This document shows, piece after piece, positions 22,588 through 35,244 of a stretch of 64,000 nt of DNA. The number at the start of each line of letters is the position of its first letter. The first letter of the stretch is position 1. Where the stretch lies: assembly GCA_025201805.1 (NCBI GenBank), contig MU619248.1, forward strand, positions 1 through 64,000, written 5' to 3'. The position numbers and the translations under genes were made by a program. Origin of the DNA: Parasitella parasitica NRRL 2501 (Eukaryota; Fungi; Mucoromycota). The notes beneath the pieces were generated by a model, which made no database searches, was not told where the DNA came from, and saw nothing but the letters and a program-made list of their open reading frames with translations.

Positions 22588-25150
22588 TTAATAATCGTCG
22601 TCATCGTTATCATCTCCATAGTCATCATAGTCGATGGGTTCTGATTCCACGAATTTGGTACGAGCATCGCGCAAGAAACGCTCCTCATCGTCCATATCGT
22701 CATCGTCCATCTCTTCATCGTCATCGTCGTCATTATTATCGGCTGCAACTGCTGCTGCTTCCGGTGTTGTTGAAGCTGCTGCTAGTGCTGTAGGGGTTGC
22801 TGTGCTAGATCCATCTGCTCTTTTGCCAGTGGATGCAGTATCGCCTGGCTCTTCAACAACCTCATATTCTCCCACAACAGGCATTTCGTTGGTGCTGCCC
22901 ATCTTCTTCAAGGTGTCTCTCACTTTAATTTTGGCTATTGATTCAGGCGATTCAAACATGTCATCAAAGACAGCTTGGTTGATTTTCTTTGAGAGCTTTT
23001 TCTTCTCCAGCAACTGCTTGGCTGCTTCTGCTGGAGAGCTGGCTGGCAGCTGCTTTTTCTTTTTATGCTTATGCTTTCTTGTGGACGGCACACCCTTCTC
23101 GTTCTCTACCATGCGGCGAATCGCCATTTCTTCCAAATAGTCTTTATTGGCATTATACCACACTTTGGTCTTGAGGTTGACTTCTTCAGGCGTTAATATC
23201 ATAGCCTCGATTTCGTCGCAGTCCACACCAGACAGGTTTCCATTGTCTTCCTCGTCCTCCTCGTCCTCGTCCTCGTCCTCGTCCTCCTCCTCCTTCTTTT
23301 TCTTCTCTTTCTTCTCGTCTTTATTCTTATCATCAGCAATGGCCTGCGCTTCCTTCTCAAGGCTCTTGGCTGCCTGTAAGACGGAATCATCCCCCAGCCA
23401 GCTTTCCATTTCGTCAGCAATTTCTCTGGCGTCTTGTGCAAGCGTAGGGTTGAGCAATTCCTGTTCTTCCTGTGCAATTTGTAGCTTAGCAATGGCTGTG
23501 AGTTCTCGTTTTTGTTCGTCTGAGAATTTCTCGTATGCTGGGTGTTTGATGGGTATATAGCCAGCTTCCTTGTCTTCCACTAACGTCGCTTGAGTGTCTT
23601 CTAATGTTGTCTGTGTACCAATTTGCGTTGCTTCTAGATCTTGGGTTGATGGGAGGATTGACGCCTGCGCCGATAAAGATACTTGCACATCTGCAATTTC
23701 TTTGACCTCATTGTTTAAAGCTTCCTGAATCTGCTTTTCAATCAACTGTTCTTCAATGGCAATTGCATCTTGAAGATTATCCTTGGAATTTGCAACCTCA
23801 CCAAAATCAGAGGAGATTCTACGTACGGGTTTGGGCCCTTTGGCTCCGTTGTCGGATGCTGTGATATTCTTTTGATGGTCTCCAAAGGGGCCCACAATCT
23901 CCTCATCTGACACATCTACATCTTGTTCGACTTTGCCTGCAATCTTTTTGGAGGGTTGCAACGTATCAGTCTTGCCTTTCCCTTTTCTCTTGGAGCCAAC
24001 AGTCTCCACTGCTTCTTCTTCTTCTTTGACTTGTTCAATGCCATTCAAGGAATCGGGAGTACTGGCTCTACTAGACAGGCTCTCTGTTTCCTCCTGAATC
24101 TTGCGGTTCTTTTGGAACGATGGTGGATCTGCACGCTTCTCTAGCCAAATTGTTCTGAAATCGTGCACAGAAAGGTGAGCAGACTCTGTGTGGTTGAATT
24201 CTTGCAATCGCTTCTGGATCGTAACGTCAGCTACTTTGACGACATAGATCATTTCTCTAGTGGTTCTACGGAAGCCGTTCATCCTAGCTGCAATCAGTAA
24301 GCAAGCACCACATACGCCTGCCGGTCGTCTACCACTGCTAATCCAATCACGATCCATACGCTGTGCAAGCCGAACCGCATCCTGAGCCACACGCTGTGTA
24401 TAGTCACCGAAATCCAGAGCAGCAGCAAACCGACTGATATAGATAGACGGATCCACATGGGGCAGACTTAGACCGAGTACCCGACATAGCTTGAGAAAAG
24501 TGGCGCCTAATGTGAATACATTGACTTGCAGAATATCGCTGAAATCGATCAGCATGTGTGAGCTCTTTTCTGTTCTACAAACAGCATAGAGGCAGACAGC
24601 CGCAACATGATCGCTACGACGGCCGCGAGTAAACCGATTTATGACTGCAAGATTATAGTATCGTTGTGCGGCATCTCTGTAACGTTCTGGAAGTCGGACA
24701 GCATGAGCCAAGCTGGAGATTTTGACTCGGCCTATACCAACAGTTAGTTCCCCTGGTATGTCTTACCGGGTGTAAATGTTACTTGCCGTTTTCAATGGCT
24801 TGTTCTTGACCTTCTCTGCCTCTGTTTCTGCCAAATAAACCACCACCTGAAATGCGACCTAGTACCCCCATTTATCAACATCAAATGAGACCCAAAAATG
24901 CAATGCCATCACTTACCAGATTCGCCAGCATAAGAGCCCTGTAGAATTGCTTTGCCTCCAGATGTCTCACCAAAGGTTACTTCAGATACAATGGTATTTT
25001 CCTCAAGTACCTTTTTTTTTTCATTAAATGTCAATGCAACCAGTTATTAACAAGAGCAACAGCACTTACCGTACCACAATCTACACAATAGCTGGTTCCT
25101 GAAGAACTGTCTGATTCTGTTCTGTGCGATCCACAATTATGACAGCGCAT
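22588..25150 (-). CDS. BRF1: TFIIIB subunit Brf1 (4 exons; introns 25011-25069, 24859-24916, GC-AG 24732-24786)
   Basis: Zinc ribbon MRCHNCG...YCVDCGTVLEENTIVSEVTFGE; cyclin folds (VAAVCLYAVCR, GRRPAGVCGACLLIAARM); C-terminal ILTPEEVNLKTKVW...NKDYL and SKKIN motifs. Confidence 0.95.
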
Positions 25151-25680
25151 ATTTTATATCTTTGTACAAGAAGCAAGTATAGAAAAAAAAAAAAAAAAAA
25201 AAAAAAAGAAAAATGTACAGCTTTGTTGTTTGGGGGGGGAGGCAATTGCACCGTCACCTGAAGGATTTGAAACGATAAATTGCTGCTACGAGCTTAGCCA
25301 ACCACCCTCTCAGTCCGGTTGGCCTGATAGCGCATCCATATTGACATGTATGATAATATCACCACACGTCAAGTCTATGCCGTCTCTTTTCCAGCACAGC
25401 TTCATTCGACCCATTCCTCACGGCTCCAATCCGTAGCCATTGATGTAAAGCAGCCCATCATTGCTGCTGGTAGTGCATGCTAATGCCCATCACTTCTCAT
25501 TGAACGTCTGTGCGCCTGCTGTATACAGGTGTCAACTTTAGCTCTTTAAAACGCTCTCTTCACATTGAGGATGCTGGCCCTAAAGCTCGCTTCCAAGTTG
25601 GAGCTCTCACGCAAAAAAAAAAAAAAAAAAAAAAAGTAACTGAACGGCCTGGAAAACAAAAAAGTGTCTAGCACAGTCAT

Positions 25681-25766
25681 GATGGTCGATGCTGGTCGAT
25701 GCTGGTCGATGCTGGTCGATGCTGGTCGATGCTGGCCGATGCTGGCCGATGTTGGTCGATGCTGGT
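25681..25766 (+). repeat. 10-bp minisatellite (GCTGGTCGAT) x about 8.5
   Basis: Read directly. It lies in the divergent BRF1/ARP8 promoter. Confidence 0.92.
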
Positions 25767-26171
25767 AGAGGAGCTACTGATGTGTCCTTGTATGGATTGT
25801 CGAAAATGTTGGCAACAATTTCAAAATCATCAAGTATCTATCATCTAACACTGATAAATACTGCAAAAAAGTTTCATCCATGATTCTCACATTCCCCATG
25901 ATGATATGCTTCTTATTTCTACATTTACTACGCATGTCATCTAAAGACATGTCCTTGAATAAAACCTGGGTCCAATATAAAGATGATTGTTAGCCTTGGC
26001 TCTTTCTCCATTTACCTGCGATGCTATCCAAATATTTCATAGCGTCGATGCTTCAGATAGACACCATGGGGTTCATCTTATTGCCAGCCAAACAGTGCAC
26101 AGTCACTGTTTCCTGTGATAACCTTCCAACCTGCTCAAGTTTTACACAACCGTCTCTACAACCATACAAGA

Positions 26172-28661
26172 ATGGCTGATAATCTGCACAGCAACAACTT
26201 TCTAAAGAACTTGTCCCAGAAAAAGTACGCGTGGATGGAGGAGGCTTCATCACCAGCTTCTCCAGTAGCGAATGCCTCAGGTGCGACCAATGCCAGCACC
26301 TCAACTCATTCCACCTCCTCTTTGAGTCCTGATGCACGCTCCAAGAACAAGGACCATTCGACAACGGCAATGCCTTCATCCAAAAAAGCAACAAAGAAGC
26401 AGAAGATCGCACCTGAAGCTAGTAGCGAGACTTCTGCAACAATGTCGCTCAAGACATCATCCACTAATCATCATAAAAAAGGGTCTTCTGGTGCTGCAGT
26501 TTCCTCGTCCTCCTCCAAAAAGGAAAAGACTCATAAGAAGCAGAACGGGGGGCAAACATCAAAGACAACAGCGCCTTCATCTCCATCAACAGCATTGTCG
26601 GATGCTAATAGTCGAAGCGTAAAGCAAGAGGAAGCTTCAGCTGGATACATGAAGAATCAGCCTCTTTTCAAATACACTACCTTTCCTGTCAAGGGCTACA
26701 ACATTCTGCCAACGCGGAACATTACTAGCAACTACTCCAAGAACGACACATCTTACTTTCCTGGCCACAAGACAGGCAGCGAGGAACTATTGCCCAGCGT
26801 AAGATGGATACACCTGTACCAACCCATTGTGTAAATACATGTATATTTGCTAAATTCCAACACAATAGGCAGAGGAGGAATGGAGAGATACCATCATTAT
26901 CCACCCCGGCTCACGCAATCTGAGGATCGGCCTGGCATCAGAAGCGTTTCCCATATCCATTCCCCACGTCATTGCCAGAAAGTTTAATGCTATGGCCGAC
27001 ACCACAAATGACGATGACGACGACGACATGGATGTTGACCAGCCAGAACTCAATCAAGAAGAATACGACTATGCGTTGGAAGAAATTAGAGCCGAGCTGC
27101 GATGGCGCATGAAGAATGCAAAGCGCAGAGCAGTTCCGAATGCTGAGGGCCAGGTCATCGGATTCAACGCAACAGCTGTAAAAGAAACTATTCTCGACCA
27201 TAACGACCCTTACAAAGTGGAATGGATGGAGGTGAGCCAGGACATCCCGTACTTTGTAGGAGAAAAGGTAAATGCGTGTGCGTCGATTGCGGAGAGAGAG
27301 AGAGAGAGTCTCATTATTTGATTTGATGTAAAACAGGCTCTCAATGTGCCTGTAGCCAAAAACTCTTTGTATAAAGTGCGCTATCCTTGGAAGAATGGAA
27401 CGATAAACAACCAAGACTATCCGTCTGTGAATGCAGTTTTGAGCGATCTTGAAGCCATATGGACCGAGGCCCTCGTGAATGACCTTCAAATCGAAAGATC
27501 AGACTTCAAGGTACGTGGGTTGGTTGTAGAGGATGTTACTGGTACGCTATATTAATCGTCCTATTGCAGAATTGCAATGCGGTGCTGGTTATTCCTGACA
27601 AGCTAGACCATAGCTATCTCTGTGAATTGGTAACTATGATGCTGCGCTATATGAAATTCAGAGCAGTGATTATCCAGCAAGAGTCAACTGCTGCCACGTA
27701 CGGTGCCGGTGTCTCAAGCGCGGTAGTAGTCGATATTGGAGCACAAAAGACAAATATCGTCTGTATAGAGGACGGCGTGTGTCAACTAGAATCTCGTGTA
27801 TCCATTTCCCTTGGTGGAGATGACATTACAAAGACATTTGCCTCGTTTCTGCTCAAAAACAAGTTTCCTTACGCCGATATTGACCTGTCGACAACCTACG
27901 ACTGGAGATTAGCAGAGACCTTGAAGGAAAGGTGGTGTACAATGAACGAAGCTGACATTAGTGTGCAAGTTTACGACTTTTTCGCTCGAACGCCTTTCAA
28001 ACCAACGCTCAAATACCAATGCAAAGTGTACGACGAGGTTTTCCTGGCTCCTCTCTGCCTGGTTTACCCAAATATCTTGGAACCCAAGAACAAAAAAGTA
28101 AACTGGGTAAACAAGAATGTAACAGACGATGTCATTGAGGATTCCAATCTTGTAAGCTTGTACATGAAGTGGTGTGGAATTTGGTTTCATATTAATCACT
28201 GTTTTAGGCCAACCAAAGTAGTAATGACTCTAAAAACCAAGAGTACGACTCTTTCCCAATTGACGTTGCCATTGCGCAGTCTATCGTATCCGCTGCTAAT
28301 GGATCCGAAGAGAAGCTCAAGAGGTATTTTACTAGTATTATACTAGTTGGTGGCGGCGGCAAAGTCGTTAATTTCAGTAGAGTGCTTGAAGATCGGTAGG
28401 AGTCTTTTTCTTTTTTTTTTTTTTTTCTTTTTTTTTCTTAATAGTCTTGATAGTGTCCTCTCGACTGTGATTGCGCAAAAAGCAAACATAGACCGTGTGG
28501 AGGTAGTTCCTGCGCCAAGAGAGCTTGATCCCGAGGTCCTGGTGTGGAAAGGTGCCTCAGTCATGGCCAAGTTGGACTCTGCCAAAGACATGTGGATCGC
28601 AGATGCGGAATGGGAGCAAGCAGGCGCTAGATGTTTGAGAGAACGCGCATTATTAATGTAA
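26172..28661 (+). CDS. ARP8: Actin-related protein 8, INO80 complex (multi-exon; start uncertain)
   Basis: IIIHPGSRNLRIGLASEAFP, VVDIGAQKTNI, GGDDITKTF, YDWRLAETLKE, YDEVFLAP, LVGGG, RELDPEVLVWKGASV; the N-terminal extension contains NYSKND. Confidence 0.9.
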
Positions 28662-29087
28662 TAAATACAAAATGCATGGCCGGTTAATGACGCTCCTTTT
28701 GTGATAAAAACTTGATACTGGTACAATTACAAGTGGTGCCTGAAATACTTGAATGGGTGTCATGTTCCCCTGATGATCTGTATCTTGGGTCGCGTACATT
28801 CATTAAATATAGTAGGAAATCCTGGTTTTTTTTTTTTTTTTTTTTGTGTTGCATTCCATTGAATTGCATATACATGAATACAAAAAAAAAGGTGTTTATT
28901 GCTGTATAAAGTAATGTGTTTGCATGATGAATGTCACCATGAAATTAAGCTTTTCAAATCAAGCCAAGAATTCAGGCACGCGCACAGCTGTCATGTATTT
29001 GTACAGGCAGCTAAATTGGCTGCACAGCCTACACTGAGGCTGAGTAGTACTATTTAACAAGCATCACTCTCTAAAGCCTCGCTTTCT

Positions 29088-29126
<39 letters not shown>

Positions 29127-29159
29127 CTCTCTCCTTTCTTTGATCCTAAAACATATACC

Positions 29160-30257
29160 ATGTCTCTTACAAATGGCGCCGCGTCATCCGTAGACAAACG
29201 ACTCTCAACTATTACCAACGATGACACTCGAGAAAAGATGCTGTACAAGCGACAGCAGTTACTGCAGACTTACTATGATAGTCTGCAGAACCAGGTAAAG
29301 CAATTTGAACAAGATTTGGCACAGACAATCCAGCAGAGACAAGATTGCGAAGTTGAGCTCAAGAAAGCCAAAGAGCGTAACGAGGAGCTCAAGACCAAAC
29401 TCAAAGATACACAAAACACCCTATATGAAACGACCAGGCCCATCAGAGTAACAGACGATGACTTCTCAACCATCATTGCAACGTTGGGTAAATTCTCGGG
29501 CAAAGTTACAAACTTCTCGCCCAATGCCAAGAGCGCCTTTCGATACATACACGACCCCGAACAAGCAAAGATATTTTTCTGTAGATTGTTTGAGGAAGAC
29601 GCTGCCCGTATCGAGACTTTGTTTGACAAGGCTTCGAATCCTGACAATAAAACGGATTACATGTTGGTGTCTGTGCTGGTCGAGCGTTATTTGACCGAAA
29701 AGATCGTGGCATCTGTGCTCAACGCTGGTATTCATTTAGATCCAGCCACAAATGAGTCGTTTGACAGGCTGAAAAACTTGTTTGCCGGCTCCCAGCATGA
29801 GGGATGGGCAAAGGATTTGAGACTTAAAACTGCAAAGGCCACGGCAGATTTGATACAAAGAAAAGATCCGCAGACACTGGCCACTATCGAACTGACAAAG
29901 ATGGCTATTGCTAAAGACATTGAAGACGCACTGAACCCGCTTTATGACATGACTCCAGCTATGCTGCAACGCATCAAAAAACTGGTTGACATGGCCTCTG
30001 ATCTATGCTTGCCCATCAATGGACAAGAGGATGTGATTGTCATGCACACGCTGCGTGCAAATGATAAAGTAATTGCAAACCAAGTCAAGCCTGCGTATCG
30101 CCATGTTGGCGATGAAAAAGAAGGCAATGAAAAGATCTACCTCGCTATTGCGCCTGTATTTTTAGCTAAAAGCACTGTAGAGGCAGACGATGAGGCGCTG
30201 ATTGAAAGTTATCTCGAAAACTATACACTTGTCTATCCTGGAAGAGCCATTTGGTAG
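29160..30257 (+). CDS. Hypothetical protein with N-terminal coiled coil
   Basis: Intronless 365-aa ORF with a heptad-rich N-terminus, preceded by a long poly-T promoter tract. Confidence 0.75.
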   Translation: MSLTNGAASSVDKRLSTITNDDTREKMLYKRQQLLQTYYDSLQNQVKQFEQDLAQTIQQRQDCEVELKKAKERNEELKTKLKDTQNTLYETTRPIRVTDDDFSTIIATLGKFSGKVTNFSPNAKSAFRYIHDPEQAKIFFCRLFEEDAARIETLFDKASNPDNKTDYMLVSVLVERYLTEKIVASVLNAGIHLDPATNESFDRLKNLFAGSQHEGWAKDLRLKTAKATADLIQRKDPQTLATIELTKMAIAKDIEDALNPLYDMTPAMLQRIKKLVDMASDLCLPINGQEDVIVMHTLRANDKVIANQVKPAYRHVGDEKEGNEKIYLAIAPVFLAKSTVEADDEALIESYLENYTLVYPGRAIW

Positions 30258-30663
30258 CCTTTTAATTTAGAAAGAAAGGTCAATCTTGGACCTTGACTTT
30301 TGGATTCGGGGAGGGGGGGGGGTTTTTTTCCAAGGACTATTCTCAATAAATAAAACATGTGCATCTTGATTTATTAATTTAGCAGTAAAATAGTAGATTC
30401 ATGCCAAAAATACTGTATTTTGAAAAAACACCAAGCGTACCTTTGGATACATTAGAAGCCAGAGTTCATCTGTGAAGAAAGAGAATATTTTCTTTGTTCT
30501 TTTCTAGAAAGTATGAGGCTTTACTGTAATCTCATTGCGTATAATTCTATCAACTGTGTCACTTTTTATACAGCGACTGTTTTCGTCTGCGTTTTCCTGC
30601 AGTGCCAGCACAAGATCTTTTTTTTTTTTTTTCACCTTTATACCAATAGCCATTCTTCATTTG

Positions 30664-33600
30664 ATGTATGCATATCATCGCTCTACTTGTTTTAGCACCC
30701 ATATACAGCATATTCTCCAAGGATATATATCAAACCAAGACAAAGCTGATGTCGTCTTGGTCAAGGCAATTATCTGTAAAAGCCACACATGCAACACATC
30801 CGAGTAATTGACATCAAAAACATAGGGAGGTTCGTTGGAATGGATGACCATGCACACAGTTACGGAATCAAATTCCAACATACTCAAGAGTCAACTGGAG
30901 CAGTCTACTTTTGGCATAATCAATGATGCGAAAATTCTTCATGTTAAATTCGACAAACAATGTAGATCTCCAAGGAGAGAGGAGGAAGACGAGTACCAAG
31001 AGATGTGTTATTCTAAAAAGACGAGAAACCATTCCACCGTTCAGGGAGATGACGTTATAGTTGTCCTTTCGGAATATGGGAAGCTGGTGTTTATGACTAT
31101 TATACATGATGCGACGAGAAAGAGATTCGAAACATTGGCAGAGGTGTATCTAGACAGCCCTGGATTGGAATATACGAAAAAAGGCAAAAAGTTAGCTATT
31201 GATCCTAGTGGAAGAGCGGTTGCCATCGCTTCATTTCAGGACCATTTTGATATCTTGATTTTGAACAAAACGGCATCCAGGACTCATTTCGACCCAATTA
31301 TCGGTGTAAGTTGTACTGGTAGAGAATGCCATTTGGCGTGTACTTACTCTGTGCAACTGATCTAGCGAGGTTCTGAATTCGAGGAAGGCATTATTTGGCA
31401 CATGGAGTTTCTGCACACTGAATCTGATTCGATGGATAGGATACTGCTAGTACTGGTAGTTTACAAGTGAGAGATATCGCTCATTTGCCCGAAACCAGTG
31501 CATTTTGACCGTCTATTGTATAGTGATGTGGAACGACTATGCAGACTAGTACTTTATTTGATCGATGCATCCGACATGGAAAACATTACAATTGAAAAAA
31601 TCAGCAGATTGCCCTTGGAGAGAAGTATGATTAGGGAATTCTGGACCAAAGAAACTATGTTACCTTGGCTAATCATTTCCGTAGATACGCCATTGCCATT
31701 ATTATTGATACCATTGGCCTTTCAACCCGAAGCGTTTTTACTTGTTACGGTAAGTTTCTTGAAAGAAAAGGGGAAAAAATGAGCACCACAGCTGAACAGA
31801 TCGTGCATGCAGGAACAAAATGTTTCCTATTTGAAAGCAGAGGATCTAGCTTGCGGCAACGTATTATATCCAACAAGCATCATACCAAGAAAGCAGACAA
31901 GTGCAGAATGTATTTACTATTGCGATATCCTTACTGAAGCTAGGCTTTTAATCATCTCGTATCTGTGTTTAGGTCCGTTATTTACAGCGTACGCCCTAGC
32001 CTCTCAAGACGATAACACGGTGTATTTGGGGTCCTCAGAAGGGCACTTGTACCGAGTAGAGGCCCAAACACTGGGAGAGACATGTATTTCATGGCACGAG
32101 TTGGAATCAACAAACCCAATCGGGCAGGCCATGTGTGTTTTGGGAAGAATCGATGTTGATGAGCCAGGAGGCGTCCGTAGTGCAGACGTACTGCTGTGTG
32201 CAGGCGAAAGTGCAGACAGTCAGGTACTGGCCATGTGCACTTCAACGCTTCCTTTTAGAAGAGACGTAGTGCAGAACATTGTAAACAGAGCACCGTTGAC
32301 AGATTTTCAAGTGGCCAGCAATTTCATCGGGGACCAAGATGCAATAATTACATGTTCAGGACAAGACTATGACGGCGCTATTTCTATCATGACGCATGGA
32401 ATAGAAGCCTCGCCAATTGTCCAATCTTCTAAATATGGGTGGAATGGGTACACAAAAACGTCAAAATCAGAATTCGTAAACAAAGAAACTAACGCATATC
32501 TTTAAAGTGTGTCCCAATTATGGGGTATCTATGTATCTAAGTCTGAAATGGACCAGGTATCAGGACTGGTTGTTTCTTCTGTGATGAATACAAGGCTATT
32601 GACTGCGCAAGGTGAACAAAGTGTATATTAAAAGACTTATTACGGTGTACTGACCCTATGGGTGTCTTATAGGTGGCCATATCAAAGACATCACATCATT
32701 ATCCAGCCTTGACTTTAGCACAGAGACACTGCACGCTTCTTCTGTTACAGTGAACGAATATCACTTGCTGCTTCAAGTTCACTCTACTGGCTTTTTAGTC
32801 ATGGATGTTGGTTCCAAAGACATTTTACTCCAGTGCAAACCCTCGTTAGCGCCGAATGATCGAATTACGGTCGCCACAAGCTGGCAACTGAATGGCGCTA
32901 CCTATGTTGCCTTGTGTATTACTCGTGAGAGTTCCTTTTCTCTCGAGATTGTGAGTATCATTTCAAATTCTTCAAGGTACTCGTTTCAAAAAAAAAAAGC
33001 GATAGGTCTATTATGTCTATTAACATGATTTCAGCCTCTTGTCATTATCGTATAGAATATTTGCATCAGAGTCGCTACCATATTGCCCCAGCTCCTTGGA
33101 CCAGCTTAAAATCAGGTTAGTTGTTTAGAAAGCTAGCGATTGATTCTGCAAAGTATAATGAATCAATATTACTTTTTAGATCACAAGCAACGCTTGTAAT
33201 TGGCACTTTTCAACCATCGTTGCTCCTGTATGCCATAAACGATAGATCAATCGACAAGGTTCAAGAGATAGACCTGTGTAAGTAATATCGTAGTTATATC
33301 AAGCACGCGTGCTGATTTTAAATAATACATAGCATTGCAAGAACCTGGTAAATGCACTGTGCTTTGCTCAGCCGCCGTTTTATATTCTTGGCTGATCATT
33401 GGATTGCGACAAGGCTCGATTCTATGCATTCAAATCAATATCGATCACCAAGACAGCTTTCTGAATGAGGGCAGGATACACATCATTAATGATATCGGCC
33501 CTTCTGCTGTTGTGCTGAGGCCATGCCAAGACGGCATTTATGCGTTATCAGGTCGATTATGGAAGATTTCTTGTGATAATGAGCAAGACGTGCGTCTGGA

Positions 33601-35244
33601 TCGGGTGTTGGCGCAAAAATTTGACTTTATCAACGCATTCTGCTTGTTTGATTGTGGGTTACCAATGCTGCATGGAGCACGCATCGCCTTGATTGCAGAC
33701 GAAAAATTGCACGTGTATGCGCTGAGCCCCTCAAGACAGCTGTGCACCCGCAAAATCCAGCTCAAAGACACGCCCAGAAAGATAGTCTATCACCAATCTT
33801 TAGATTATTTGATTGCTCTCACCATGCGCATGACGAATGGCGATCGAAAAAACTTTATACGCCTCATAGATCCTCTTAGGTAAAAAAGAAAAAAAAAATG
33901 GTCGCTTGATCTTTTCTTACCCGTAGCTCAAAGTCAATTTTCGATAGTGGCAGGATATTGACTGATAATCAGATAATTTCGACAAACACCGACTATGGTC
34001 GCAGTGATATGCTTCTTTCAGCCACTGGTAAGTTTATATAATATTATGCGATATTTACAACTGACACAAGTGCTTATAAAGAGTGGTCTGTGCAAAATAA
34101 GAGCAAAACTTACAAGTATCTTTGTATTGGCCTTGGTCATCCCAAAGAACCCTTCCACTCCTTTCGTTCCGGTATGTCTGCAAGAGTATCAAACGCATTG
34201 ATGGATAGAGGCACACTGCTACTGTACCGTTTGAAATCCAACAACAAGTTTCCATTGAAACGGATTTGGGATCAAGAAAAACTACCTGGTGGGGTATTTG
34301 CGATTTGTCCCCATTCAGCAGGGTAAGGGAGCACATGCATATTACATGTTGGCTGATATCCGGACAACTCATGGCAAAGAGTAGGCTTTTATTCTCTGCT
34401 GGTAGCCATCTCTACCTGTACAGGCTGGACCCCGTTACGGGCCATCTAGTACAAGTTGCGCATAGAGCACTGCAATACCTAATTACATCCATTCATGAAG
34501 AAGGCGGTCGTATATGTGTCACATTTTACAACGATTCCATCTCTTTTTATGAGTTTCATCAAGAATCAAAGACATACGAATTCTTAAAAAGGTAAACAAA
34601 AACACCGCATAGTCTTGCATACTTAAGCTGTTTTCTTTTCCTAGTGATGTTGTGTCCCGCAGTATCCATAATTCTCTCATGCTCAACAGTCGATTAGCTG
34701 TTGGTGTGAGTCAATCAGGCGGTATGGTTGCACTGTATGATGATACTAATGATCAATCGTTCGAACGACGTTTACAATGCCTATTCAACTTTCATTATGC
34801 GGATATTATCGTGAAGCCCAAGCTAGCCACATTGCGAACACAAAAAAACCTGCCGCCCTATATCTTACCCTGGACGCAAGGCGAAAAAGTGAAAGCGATT
34901 GTTGGATGCACAGTGTCAGGCGGCATGGTTCACGTTTTTTGTATTAGCCAACTAGTGTTTCAGCTGCTGCAGACGCTTTCGGAGGAGCTGATAGAGTTTG
35001 ATGCTACAAGGCCGCTGTTGGGAAGCACAGAAAACTTTAAATGGTTCTGCAAACTTTCAGGTGCAGAACAAGCGACGGTTCATGGTGATTTAGTCGAGCA
35101 GTTTTTGAGGCTGTCAAGAGACGAGCAGCTTGCTGTCATTTCGACTGATCAAGGCCAAATAAAGCCGTCAATCCAGTTGGCATTGGATGAACTTATGATC
35201 GATGAGGGCGAAGATCCTGTTGATTTACTGAAAAATATATTGCA
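30664..35244 (+). CDS. MMS1/DDB1/RSE1-family triple beta-propeller protein (about 15 exons; 3' end runs into the gap)
   Basis: IVVLSEYGKLVF, GKKLAIDPSGRAVAIASF, NRAPLTDF...TCSG...GAISI, TPRKIVYH, and C-terminal TVHGDLVEQFLRLS (CPSF_A-like). Many GT-AG introns. Confidence 0.8.

Noticed and set aside
25681-25766. Possible CRISPR array
   Set aside because: These are head-to-tail 10-mers with no spacers and no cas genes, in a eukaryotic genome.
28924-29043. Possible C/D-box snoRNA (ATGATGA...CTGA)
   Set aside because: There is no convincing terminal stem or recognisable rRNA-antisense guide.
31925-31932. ATATCCTT, a U12-type 5' splice-site lookalike
   Set aside because: It lies inside an ordinary in-phase GT-AG intron (31910-31972), and I saw no matching U12 branch point or AC acceptor.
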